NCBI GenBank assembly: GCA_038523235.1
Contig: JBCBJQ010000026.1
Coordinates: 1 to 61,124 of the forward strand
DNA: 61,124 nucleotides
Source: Cyanobacteria bacterium J06626_4
GTDB lineage: Bacteria > Cyanobacteriota > Cyanobacteriia > Phormidesmidales > Phormidesmidaceae
Reading direction: 5' to 3'
A model generated the notes under the pieces. That model ran no database searches. It had not been told where the DNA came from and worked only from the letters and a program-made list of their open reading frames with translations. Below are positions 53,219 to 61,124 of the stretch, piece after piece. The stretch's first letter is position 1; every line of letters starts with the position of its first letter. Position numbers and translations under genes: made by a program.

Positions 53219-54048
53219 CTGCCTTTAGCCGGGTGGGTTACTTCTGTAGAATGTCTTGGCTCGATTGGCTGGTCACCGCAGTTGCAGTTTCTGAAACCGC
53301 TGGAGCGAGAGAACGCGATTGCTCAAACGGGCCGTATTTTAACCAGGACGATGATTCCTGCCGCTGGCTGTTACCGATAAGACGCTTTATCGCAACCGGT
53401 CGCTGCGATCGGCAGCCACGAGAACCGCTCACCTAAGGGCATCGACGAGCAAGCAGCACCGCTGGTAGCAGGGTTTTCGATCTCAAGAATGAACTTTAAT
53501 TTCAGTTCGTGAGAATTTTAATCTGGCAGCTTATGCTAATAGACAAGAAGCGAAGGCTTCGATGTCAAATGACCGTTCAGTTTACGTTAAAGAGGAGGTT
53601 TACTATCGATTTAACGTCTGAAACGTCGTCAAAAATAGCAGCATCCAATCAGGTTTCTGATATCTCCTCTATTTAGTCATAGGGAGCTATGCCAGTTGTG
53701 TGAAAAGGCTTTCAGCCCTACACATGATTCAGGTAGCTCCATGAAGGCTCAATTAACATTAGGAGATTCCTCAGTGAGACCGTTCTGGGTGCTGTTATTA
53801 TTTTAAATGAATACTTTCTTATTTCTAGGTCTTACTAGCCATTCTATATGAATTCAAAGCCGATATTGTTTTTGATGAATAACATCGGTTGTCAATGATT
53901 AATGTTCTTGCTGATCAGTCTTCCCTTAATATTTATTCAGAAGTACTCTGGTAGATCAATAAGTAGAGCCTTCGGCGAATTGAAGGCAATTGACTCTCAT
54001 GGGAGTTCGGGCGCTCAGTTTTAATCTCCCCCGCTCCTCAACAAGTGA

Positions 54049-55163
54049 TATCTAGCTAGCCAGAATTAAACCTAAAACGCTCGACCGGGTATCCCCGCCG
54101 TTGCCCGCGTTCGTCAATGACCTCTATCAAAGCGATCGCCAAGTCATACTCATCATCAAACAACTGGGCACTGAGTTCATGTCGTTTGAGATGCAGCCAC
54201 TCTTCCTCAATCCGGTTTGTCTGAGGCGATTGACGTGGCAAGAACAAGAGAAAGAGCCCTTGCTCCTGCCAAGCGGCCCAGTGCTTTTGGCTCTCCCGAC
54301 TGCGATGGAAGGAAGCCCCATCTTGAATCACCACGGTGATTGGGCCCGTCACTTGCCGGTGCTGTTGGGCTTTTTGTGCCTGCCAGTGCATCAAGGGCAA
54401 GTAGCGCTGGGTCTTGATGCATCCCACCACGAGGCCATAGTCAAAGCGAACCTGGGGTTCCCAAAAGCCTAAGGCATTGATGCGTCGTCCGCGTCGCTGT
54501 GGTTTGGGAATACGATGCTGCTGATCGCAAAGACTGTAGCTGTCAGCCAAAGGGCTGATGCGCTCAAAGCCACTTTCATCGAGATAGAGCAATCGCCAGA
54601 TGCCCGCTTCCGCCCACTGCTTCAGCAGGTGCCAGTCGGCTTGTTTGTGGGCGGCATAGACCGGGTCTTTCGGGGGATAGGGACAGTCGCGTAGTCGCTT
54701 CCAGCGATCCCCTTTTTTTGGAGCAGACGCGACATTTGGCGGGGACTTAAAGCGACCTGACGTTCTTGCTGGAGCGTTTCACAGAGCTGACGACTGGTGT
54801 AACTGCGCGGTTCTTGCAGCCCAGTTTCAACCGCCGCCCAGTCACCGGCTTGCCACACGGGCGGCCTGAGCGAGGGGCATCCCAGAGCCCGCTCACCCCG
54901 TTTAACGGCCATCGCTTGGCAGTACAGACAGTATGCTCGTGGAGGCCAAGATGCTGGGCAATGGCGGGGACATTCCACCCCGCCGCATTCAGACGCAACG
55001 CGATGCCTCGCTGCTTGACGATAGGGGCAGGCCCATCCGACAAGCTGAGTTGACGCCAGGTCTCATCGTCCTCTTCGCTCAATTGCACACGCAGCGGCGC
55101 AGGCATGGCAGTGTTCCACAAACCGCAGCACCTATCTGACAGATACTTGCGGTGAGCTACTTA
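54049..55163 (-). mobile_element. IS630-family element, decayed
   Basis: Imperfect terminal inverted repeats starting TA (TAAGTAGCTCACC / TATCTAGCTAGCC) enclosing transposase fragments. Confidence 0.75.
54056..55121 (-). pseudogene. IS630 transposase split over three frames
   Basis: HTH part (MPAPLRVQL...DAPRSGRP), frameshift near 54855, A7G4 slippery site at 54709-54719, DDE part (YLDESGF, QDGASFH, NRIEEEW). Confidence 0.85.
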
Positions 55164-55227
55164 TCAGGAGAGAAAAAGGGTTCGTGAGGCAGGAAACGCC
55201 GTTTACGTTGTCACTGTCGATGTCTGT

Positions 55228-56154
55228 TCAAGTGGTGCCGTCGAAGGTACTAGAAACTCTTTGAATCTTTGCCACATGGCTGATCAGCATGTCAAGAAAA
55301 GCGCGCACGGCGGGGACGCTGCTGCGTTTCGGCGGAAGTGCTGCGTAAATTTCGAGGTCTGGGCCGGTGAAGCCTGGCAGCGCTCTTACGAGAACGCCAG
55401 CTTGAGCTAAGGGCTCAGCGTAAATTTGGGGTAGAAAAGTGACACCGAGTCCGGCACTCAGGATGCCGAGGGCGACTGTCGGATCGCCAACCGCGACGAG
55501 GGGTTCGCTCTGCATCAGGATCTCTTGCGCCTGTTCGTTCTTCAAAAGCCAATCTTGTGGCGCACCCTCGACGTCAATCGTGATGCGACCGAGCTGTTCG
55601 ACTGCGATCGCATCATCAAGGTCGATGGCTGCTGCCCGTGTCCGGAACGCATAAAGCGCGAGGGGTGATTTGACGATGCGACTAGAGACGAGATAGGGCT
55701 CTGTCGGTCGACCCAGCCGGAGCACAACGTCAAGCTTTTCTGCGACGGGGTCGGGGCCCTGACTGGTCACCCTGAGCGTCGTCTTCACGTCTGGATAGGT
55801 TTCTGTCAGGCGGGCGATGACTGGTGCCAGCAGCTGCTGGCCCGTCAGAGCGCTAGCCGCAATTTTCAGGGGACCTTGCGGTTTTTCTTGAGTTATCCGT
55901 AGCGCCTCGTCCGCCTCCAGCATCAATGCCACGGCAGCCTCGGCAGTCGGCAATAGACTTTCGCCCAGCGGCGTCAAGCGCATGCCGCGATTTACCCGGT
56001 CAAAGAGTGGAGCACCAGCAGTGGCTTCCAGTCGGGAGAGCGATCGCGACAGGGTGGCTTTTGCCTGGTCGAATTTACGAGCAGCCGGACTTAAGCCACC
56101 GGCATTCGCAATGAGACCGAATGCCCTGAGGTCGTTCAGGTCGAATTCATCCAT
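55228..56154 (-). CDS. LysR-family transcriptional regulator
   Basis: N-terminal HTH (LSPAAR..KATLSRSLSRLE..LFDR..R..LTPLG) plus substrate-binding domain. Confidence 0.93.
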   Translation of the reverse strand: MDEFDLNDLRAFGLIANAGGLSPAARKFDQAKATLSRSLSRLEATAGAPLFDRVNRGMRLTPLGESLLPTAEAAVALMLEADEALRITQEKPQGPLKIAASALTGQQLLAPVIARLTETYPDVKTTLRVTSQGPDPVAEKLDVVLRLGRPTEPYLVSSRIVKSPLALYAFRTRAAAIDLDDAIAVEQLGRITIDVEGAPQDWLLKNEQAQEILMQSEPLVAVGDPTVALGILSAGLGVTFLPQIYAEPLAQAGVLVRALPGFTGPDLEIYAALPPKRSSVPAVRAFLDMLISHVAKIQRVSSTFDGTT

Positions 56155-56161
56155 GTTAATC

Positions 56162-56177
56162 GTTCTAAATTCGGAAC
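56162..56177. promoter_or_regulatory. Putative LysR-binding site
   Basis: GTTC-taaattcg-GAAC dyad containing T-N11-A, in the short divergent intergenic region. Confidence 0.5.
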
Positions 56178-56262
56178 AATGTGTTTCACTTTGGTCGGTT
56201 TTCAGTGCCGATATTCAACACTAACGTGTGATTATGTCGCTCAAACACAAGCAATAAAAACC

Positions 56263-57909
56263 ATGACACCAAAAATTCAAATCTTTACGAAGCCCAATTG
56301 TCGCTTTTGTGAAACTGCCAAACAGGCCTGCCGCCAAGGTGGCTTGGCCTATGACGAGCATGATGTCACCGCCTCGGAGCGCACTGCCAATTTGAGTGTT
56401 TATCTCTCCGGAGTGGCTACCGTTCCGCAGATATTTATCGGGAATATGCATGTCAACGGGGCGCAGGACGTGATGACGTTAGCCGCAGCGGATCGGCTTG
56501 TGTCCCTGACGACAGGGGCAACCGGAGATATCGGCATGGATAGTCTGCCCGAAGCTGAAGTTGCTGCCGGTGCCGAAGATCTCGTTTTGAATGCAGTGAT
56601 CCCTGAGAGCAATGGTACGCACTCAGCAGATCCGGAAGAATGGGCCATCCTGCATTTCTACAAAGCGTTTTTTGGCTTTTGGCCGAACTGTTTTTATTTC
56701 ATGCATCACTGGCCCGAAGCCTACAAGCTTTTTGTTTATGCCCACAATGTCGGCGCGATCGGAGCGGGGCGAGAAATTATTGGAGAACCCGTGATGATGG
56801 CCACTGGCTTTGCGACTTCGAATGCCCATGGCTGTAATTATTGTCAGGTGCATATGACGGCTGCTGGTGGCGAAAAATCGCTGGGCATCCCCCAGCTGAT
56901 TGAGGCGGTACGTTCTGGCAAAGCACCCGCCACAGCACCCATTGGGCCGTTTGAACTTGCCTTGGCTGACCTGGCAGCAGCGGCGACGACCAACACGGTG
57001 ACAGCTGATCTGCTTTCACGTGTGAAATCGTTTGCTGATAAAGCCCGCGTCTCACAGGCTAGTGCTGAGGCCAATATCATGGGTACCGCGATGATCGCTT
57101 CAGCATTCGGCTTCCTAAACACGTTTAATGATTTGACCGGCGTCGAAATCGAAGCTGCCTGGGCTAAACAAGCCCAAGCGGCGGCTGGTATTGAGGCCGG
57201 ACGTCATGGTGTGAGTGAGAATCGGGCCTCGACCAATCTTGACCACAAACTGCCTGAGGGCGGTCCGAGTATCGGCGATATGATTGCGAAGTATGAGGGC
57301 ATTGTGGTTGCGGCTGGTGGCGTTGATGCCTATGCAACACAAGAACTTGGCCTGATGCCAGCTTGGATGACACTCTGGCCGGAGCCTCTTAGGGCAAGGC
57401 ATGCGCTCTTTTACGCTGAGATGATGCAATCGCGTGACCATTCGCCAATCGCTTCAGAGCTGAAGCACCTGATGGCCCGGGTTGCTGCCATTGCCAAAGG
57501 CCATGACTATCTCGCTGCCGTAGAAGGTTGGCTGGCATATCAGGCCGGGGGTGAAACGCCGCAGGCTGCGGCGCGCGTACGGCATTGTTTTGATGCGGCA
57601 AAGGGGCGAGGTGCTTGGCGATCGCACTTTACTGAAGCCGAGCAGGCCGCGCTCGTCCTGGCCTGGCTCTCGGCCCAAACACCGCTCACGACGCCACGAC
57701 GATTCATTGAGCCAGCCCTCAAGGCTTTCTCATCGGTCGAACTTGTGCACCTCATCACTGTGTGCTCAGTAGCTGGCTTGATCCAGCGCTTTGCCACAAT
57801 TACCCAGCCGCAAATCGAACTGCAAGTGAAGGATTTCCTCGTGCGTCATAATCTGACCACCGATACGCTGGCTATTCGGTATCCGTTGCCAAGTACAGGC
57901 TTGGCTTAA
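56263..57909 (+). CDS. Glutaredoxin fused to AhpD/carboxymuconolactone-decarboxylase-like domains
   Basis: N-terminal CRFC and TVPQIF glutaredoxin motifs; central SNAHGCNYCQVH; C-terminal degenerate AhpD-like repeat; start ATG 56263. Confidence 0.75.
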   Translation: MTPKIQIFTKPNCRFCETAKQACRQGGLAYDEHDVTASERTANLSVYLSGVATVPQIFIGNMHVNGAQDVMTLAAADRLVSLTTGATGDIGMDSLPEAEVAAGAEDLVLNAVIPESNGTHSADPEEWAILHFYKAFFGFWPNCFYFMHHWPEAYKLFVYAHNVGAIGAGREIIGEPVMMATGFATSNAHGCNYCQVHMTAAGGEKSLGIPQLIEAVRSGKAPATAPIGPFELALADLAAAATTNTVTADLLSRVKSFADKARVSQASAEANIMGTAMIASAFGFLNTFNDLTGVEIEAAWAKQAQAAAGIEAGRHGVSENRASTNLDHKLPEGGPSIGDMIAKYEGIVVAAGGVDAYATQELGLMPAWMTLWPEPLRARHALFYAEMMQSRDHSPIASELKHLMARVAAIAKGHDYLAAVEGWLAYQAGGETPQAAARVRHCFDAAKGRGAWRSHFTEAEQAALVLAWLSAQTPLTTPRRFIEPALKAFSSVELVHLITVCSVAGLIQRFATITQPQIELQVKDFLVRHNLTTDTLAIRYPLPSTGLA

Positions 57910-58030
57910 TTCCGGTGCAAATCGGTTTCCGGACTCAAGTCAACATGGTTCCTTTTCTGGCCTGTCCGGAGGGCTTGAAGGCTCCCAGCATTGGGGGCTT
58001 CAAGCCTCGATTCTTTCTAAAATTACTGTC

Positions 58031-58137
58031 TATAGTGATTCCAGTTAAGAATGAGAGCAGAGCGCCGTTGTAAGCATTGATATGCCGTTCTCCTTGTTCT
58101 CAAACTTATGTCGAATGACTATAGTCGAATGACTATA
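58031..58137. repeat. MITE-like element with a duplicated right end
   Basis: About 30-bp imperfect terminal inverted repeats TATAGTGATTC... / ...GAATGACTATA; 14-bp tandem GTCGAATGACTATA x2 (58110-58137). Confidence 0.65.
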
Positions 58138-58336
58138 TTAGTCAGCAGGCGGTCAAATAGGGGATTTGCCTTGAAGATAGTGCCAAGAACCGCGGTTTCT
58201 GTCGGAGAAAACCTGTGATGGACTGGTCATACCCAAGAAACCGGGGTTCTGAAAGCCTCTTTTCATCATTTGGAGTAACGCGTCCGCGTCATGAGCCGTT
58301 GTTCTAAAGATAGGTACTCAACGTATTGGGAAAATT

Positions 58337-58375
58337 CGGATGCTGCAGCATAGGCAAAGCGTGCTGCAGCATCCG
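58337..58375. terminator. Strong hairpin downstream of gcvH
   Basis: CGGATGCTGCAGCA-11 nt-TGCTGCAGCATCCG; AATTTT follows on the minus strand. Confidence 0.55.
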
Positions 58376-58503
58376 TAGTTAGAAAAGGGCGTAGCAAGAG
58401 GCGTGCGGTTTCTATCAGAGGTACGCGCATCGATTCCTATACGGAGCTGTCTTATGACCCAGGCCTCCCGACGAACCTTGTCGGCTTCAAGTTGCCGACT
58501 CGG

Positions 58504-58899
58504 CTAACCCCCTTCTACTTGATCGCGATATTCGTCGGCAGACATGGCATCATCGAGATCATCCAAATTTTCTGCCTTGATTTTAAGTAGCCAGGCGTCG
58601 CCATAGGGGTCATCGGCAATCTGCTCCGGCGCATCAATGATGGCGTCATTGCGTTCCAGTACGTCTCCTGTGACCGGCGATTTGAGATCTTCTACTGCCT
58701 TGACCGACTCCACAGTGCCAAAGGTTTCACCCTTTTCAACCGTGTCACCGGTTTCGGGCAGTTCTAAAAAAACGATGTCGCCGAGCTGATCGAGCGCAAA
58801 TGCCGAGATACCAACCGTCACGATATCTTCGTCTTCATCGACCCGCGCATATTCGTGGGTATCTAGATACTTCAAATCATCGGGAAACTCAAGGGCCAT
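58504..58899 (-). CDS. gcvH: Glycine cleavage system H protein
   Basis: [16 protein letters not shown] lipoyl motif and DPYGDAWL; start ATG 58899. Confidence 0.96.
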   Translation of the reverse strand: MALEFPDDLKYLDTHEYARVDEDEDIVTVGISAFALDQLGDIVFLELPETGDTVEKGETFGTVESVKAVEDLKSPVTGDVLERNDAIIDAPEQIADDPYGDAWLLKIKAENLDDLDDAMSADEYRDQVEGG

Positions 58900-58980
58900 A
58901 ACCGTTCTCGCTTGCAACCACACACTTGTAGCAAGTGTCGCACGACAGATAGCCTATTTTTCTAACAAAGTTGTGTCAAA

Positions 58981-60084
58981 TCACGAATTTTTGCGCTTGT
59001 AAAAGGGCTTCTTCACAACCTGAGCCGGATAAGCTTTGCCGCGAATCTCTACCGAGAGCGTCTGCCCCAGTTTGGCTAAGGCTGGTGGTACATAGGCCAG
59101 CGCGACGGGATATCCCAAGGTGGGAGAGAGCGTGCCGCTGGTGATGATGCCAACTGGTGTGCCTTCGTGCAGCACAGGATAATCATGGCGAGCAATGTTG
59201 CGTCCCTCCATTTGTAGCCCCACTAAGCGCTTCTCTAATCCCTGGGTCGTCTGCTGCTCTAAAACGGTACGCCCGATAAACTCACCGGCACCATCCAGGT
59301 GAACGAGCCACTTGAGTCCGGCTTCTAGGGGGGTGGTGCGATCGCTAATATCTTGACCATACAGCGCCATCGCGGCCTCTAGCCGCAAGGTGTCCCGTGC
59401 CCCTAAACCACAAGGAATGACCCCATTTTCAAAAAGGGTTTCCCACAGGGCTTGTCCCGTTTTGGGGGACACCATCACCTCAAAGCCATCTTCCCCGGTG
59501 TAGCCCGTGCGGGCGAGAAATGCCGGTTCCCCCAGCACGGTACCTTCGAGGTGGCCAAAGCGACCCACTTGCGATAGGTCTTCGGCAATGAGGCGCTGCA
59601 GTTGAGCTACTGCCTCTGGTCCTTGAACGGCAATCAGGGCGCGATCTCGCGACAAGTCTTCGAACTCGATATGAGAAGACGGCAAATGCTTCAGCATCCA
59701 AGCTTTGTCTTTATCCGTTGTGGCGGCGTTCACAATGATGGCGACCAGCTCAGTGCCCTCTGAGTTGGTGCCCTGGTCATAAATGATCAGGTCGTCGATG
59801 ATGCCCCCTTGAGGATTGAGCAAAACGGTGTATTGGGCCTCTCCACCCTTTAATCGACTGAGGTCAGAAGGTACTAGCTTTTGCAGCGCCGCCAGCACGC
59901 CGGTACCGCGTAGAAAAAACTTGCCCATGTGAGAGATGTCGAACATGCCTGCCGCTTCGCGCACGGCCTGGTGCTCTTGCTTGATGCCGCTGTACTGCAC
60001 GGGCATTTCCCAACCGGAGAATTCAGTGAAACGAGCCTTGAGATCAGCCGACAGGTTGTAAAGCGGGGTGCGTAGAAGCGTCAT
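58981..60084 (-). CDS. gcvT: Glycine cleavage system aminomethyltransferase T
   Basis: FSGWEMPVQY, FDISHMG, ARTGYTGEDGFE and GLGARDTLRLEA motifs. Confidence 0.96.
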   Translation of the reverse strand: MTLLRTPLYNLSADLKARFTEFSGWEMPVQYSGIKQEHQAVREAAGMFDISHMGKFFLRGTGVLAALQKLVPSDLSRLKGGEAQYTVLLNPQGGIIDDLIIYDQGTNSEGTELVAIIVNAATTDKDKAWMLKHLPSSHIEFEDLSRDRALIAVQGPEAVAQLQRLIAEDLSQVGRFGHLEGTVLGEPAFLARTGYTGEDGFEVMVSPKTGQALWETLFENGVIPCGLGARDTLRLEAAMALYGQDISDRTTPLEAGLKWLVHLDGAGEFIGRTVLEQQTTQGLEKRLVGLQMEGRNIARHDYPVLHEGTPVGIITSGTLSPTLGYPVALAYVPPALAKLGQTLSVEIRGKAYPAQVVKKPFYKRKNS

Positions 60085-60884
60085 AGGGGCAATGAGGAAG
60101 AGAGCGTATCCCTGATTGTAAATCCTCTCGAAACCGGGTTTCGTTTTTCAAAAGCATCCAGCCCCTCATGGCACCGTGGCAGCGATCAGCATGAAGCGCT
60201 CATTCAAAATAACTCAGCAACTATATCGACTCAGTCATACTGTCTGACCGCAGCTAGAAAATTAACTGCACTTGGATTTTCTAATAGTCTCTATTTTCGC
60301 ATCCCCGATTCGCTGAGTAATATCCAACTTGAGTGAAAAACATTCAAGGAGTACCCCGAAAAGAAGCACCGATTGCTGCCATTAGAGGCAAGACGATAGG
60401 CATAGCAAACAGCAGCAGCACCTGGTATAAGCCGTTGTGGTTGCGCCCCTACGCAAAACTGATGATGACGCCATGTGCCCAAAACCCGTGGAGCATAGTC
60501 CGATATCAGGGAATATTACCGGCGCGATCGCTGGCAAACTGATGCCAATTTATATGTCATATTCCTGCTCAAGTCAGTGATGAGTGGCGATCAGAACAAG
60601 CTTTTGTGATCTACACGCCCAAATCTTCGCGTTATATCTGCCAAAAAGAGAGTTTTATGCTTTCTTTATCTTTCTTTTTCTAAACTTGAAGAGCAAAGAA
60701 ATCACCAGACTTTATGCTGTTGTGCCAGGAAAATATTGAATAAGGGTGCATGCCATAACAGCAGTCCACATAACGCCAATATTTTTTTGATACCATAGAA
60801 AGTAGACGACTACATATCAACTCACGTTGACATGTATGTATTGAGCTTCACGGCTGAATGTAAATCTTCTATTCTTTGTTACTT

Positions 60885-61124
60885 ATGCCTAAAACAACCT
60901 GTCTAGTTAATAACTATAACTATTGTAAGTTCGTTATCCAGGCGATTGAAAGTGCTCTGACACAATCGGTGCCATTTGACGAAATCATTGTGGTAGATGA
61001 TCTCTCTACAGATAATTCTGTTGACATCATCAAAGAAAAATATCAAGACGAGTCACGCATAAAGATAGTTGTCAAAGATAAGAACGAAGGTCAGCTCTCT
61101 GCCTTTAATGAAGGGTTTTTGAAG
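60885..61124 (+). CDS. Glycosyltransferase family 2, N-terminal part (runs off the window)
   Basis: Manual translation MPKTTCLVNNYNYCKFVIQAIESALTQ...EIIVVDDLSTDNS...NEGQLSAFNEGFLK; not in the ORF track. Confidence 0.88.
   Translation, partial: MPKTTCLVNNYNYCKFVIQAIESALTQSVPFDEIIVVDDLSTDNSVDIIKEKYQDESRIKIVVKDKNEGQLSAFNEGFLK

Noticed and set aside
53238..53432. 64-aa ORF upstream of the VWA gene
   Set aside because: GTG start, no clear RBS and no motif; cannot be supported
60085..60300. Glycine riboswitch upstream of gcvT
   Set aside because: No GGAGA / CCGAAG / CTCTCAGG consensus elements on the minus strand
1..61124. Very frequent GCGATCGC octamer as a novel repeat
   Set aside because: This is the well-known cyanobacterial HIP1 sequence; used only as a taxonomic and foreign-DNA marker

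Overview
Chromosomal window from a cyanobacterium. The evidence is dense HIP1 octamers (GCGATCGC) plus raf1, an activase-like gene with an RbcS-like domain, nblR, ycf34 and nrtS; a Leptolyngbya/Nodosilinea-like filamentous lineage is my guess. The left edge is a pile-up of insertion sequences: an IS5 3' end, an IS630 5' remnant, and a complete ISH3-type element with a 5-bp target duplication and a damaged catalytic motif. The middle is mostly housekeeping: an FHA-CHAT protein, nrtS, an RCK potassium channel, cbiT, an MFS transporter, glnN, queA, raf1, tRNA-Ala(GGC), an apparently Fur-controlled TonB-dependent receptor/ABC iron-uptake cluster, DUF3386, an AMIN protein, azlCD, nadK-nblR, rca-like, ftsH, ycf34, a CC-adding enzyme, pirin, DUF58, cupin, GFA and a mutarotase. 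At the right, the glycine cleavage genes gcvT-gcvH and gcvP are separated by about 8.6 kb of accessory DNA. That block holds an alpha/beta hydrolase with a Cys at the nucleophile position, a VWA lipoprotein, a decayed IS630, and a LysR regulator divergent from a glutaredoxin-AhpD-like fusion gene. The fusion is the best candidate for an undescribed system. The window ends in an AT-rich GT2 glycosyltransferase. I found no CRISPR array, prophage, rRNA or convincing riboswitch. All family assignments come from motif recognition, not database searches.
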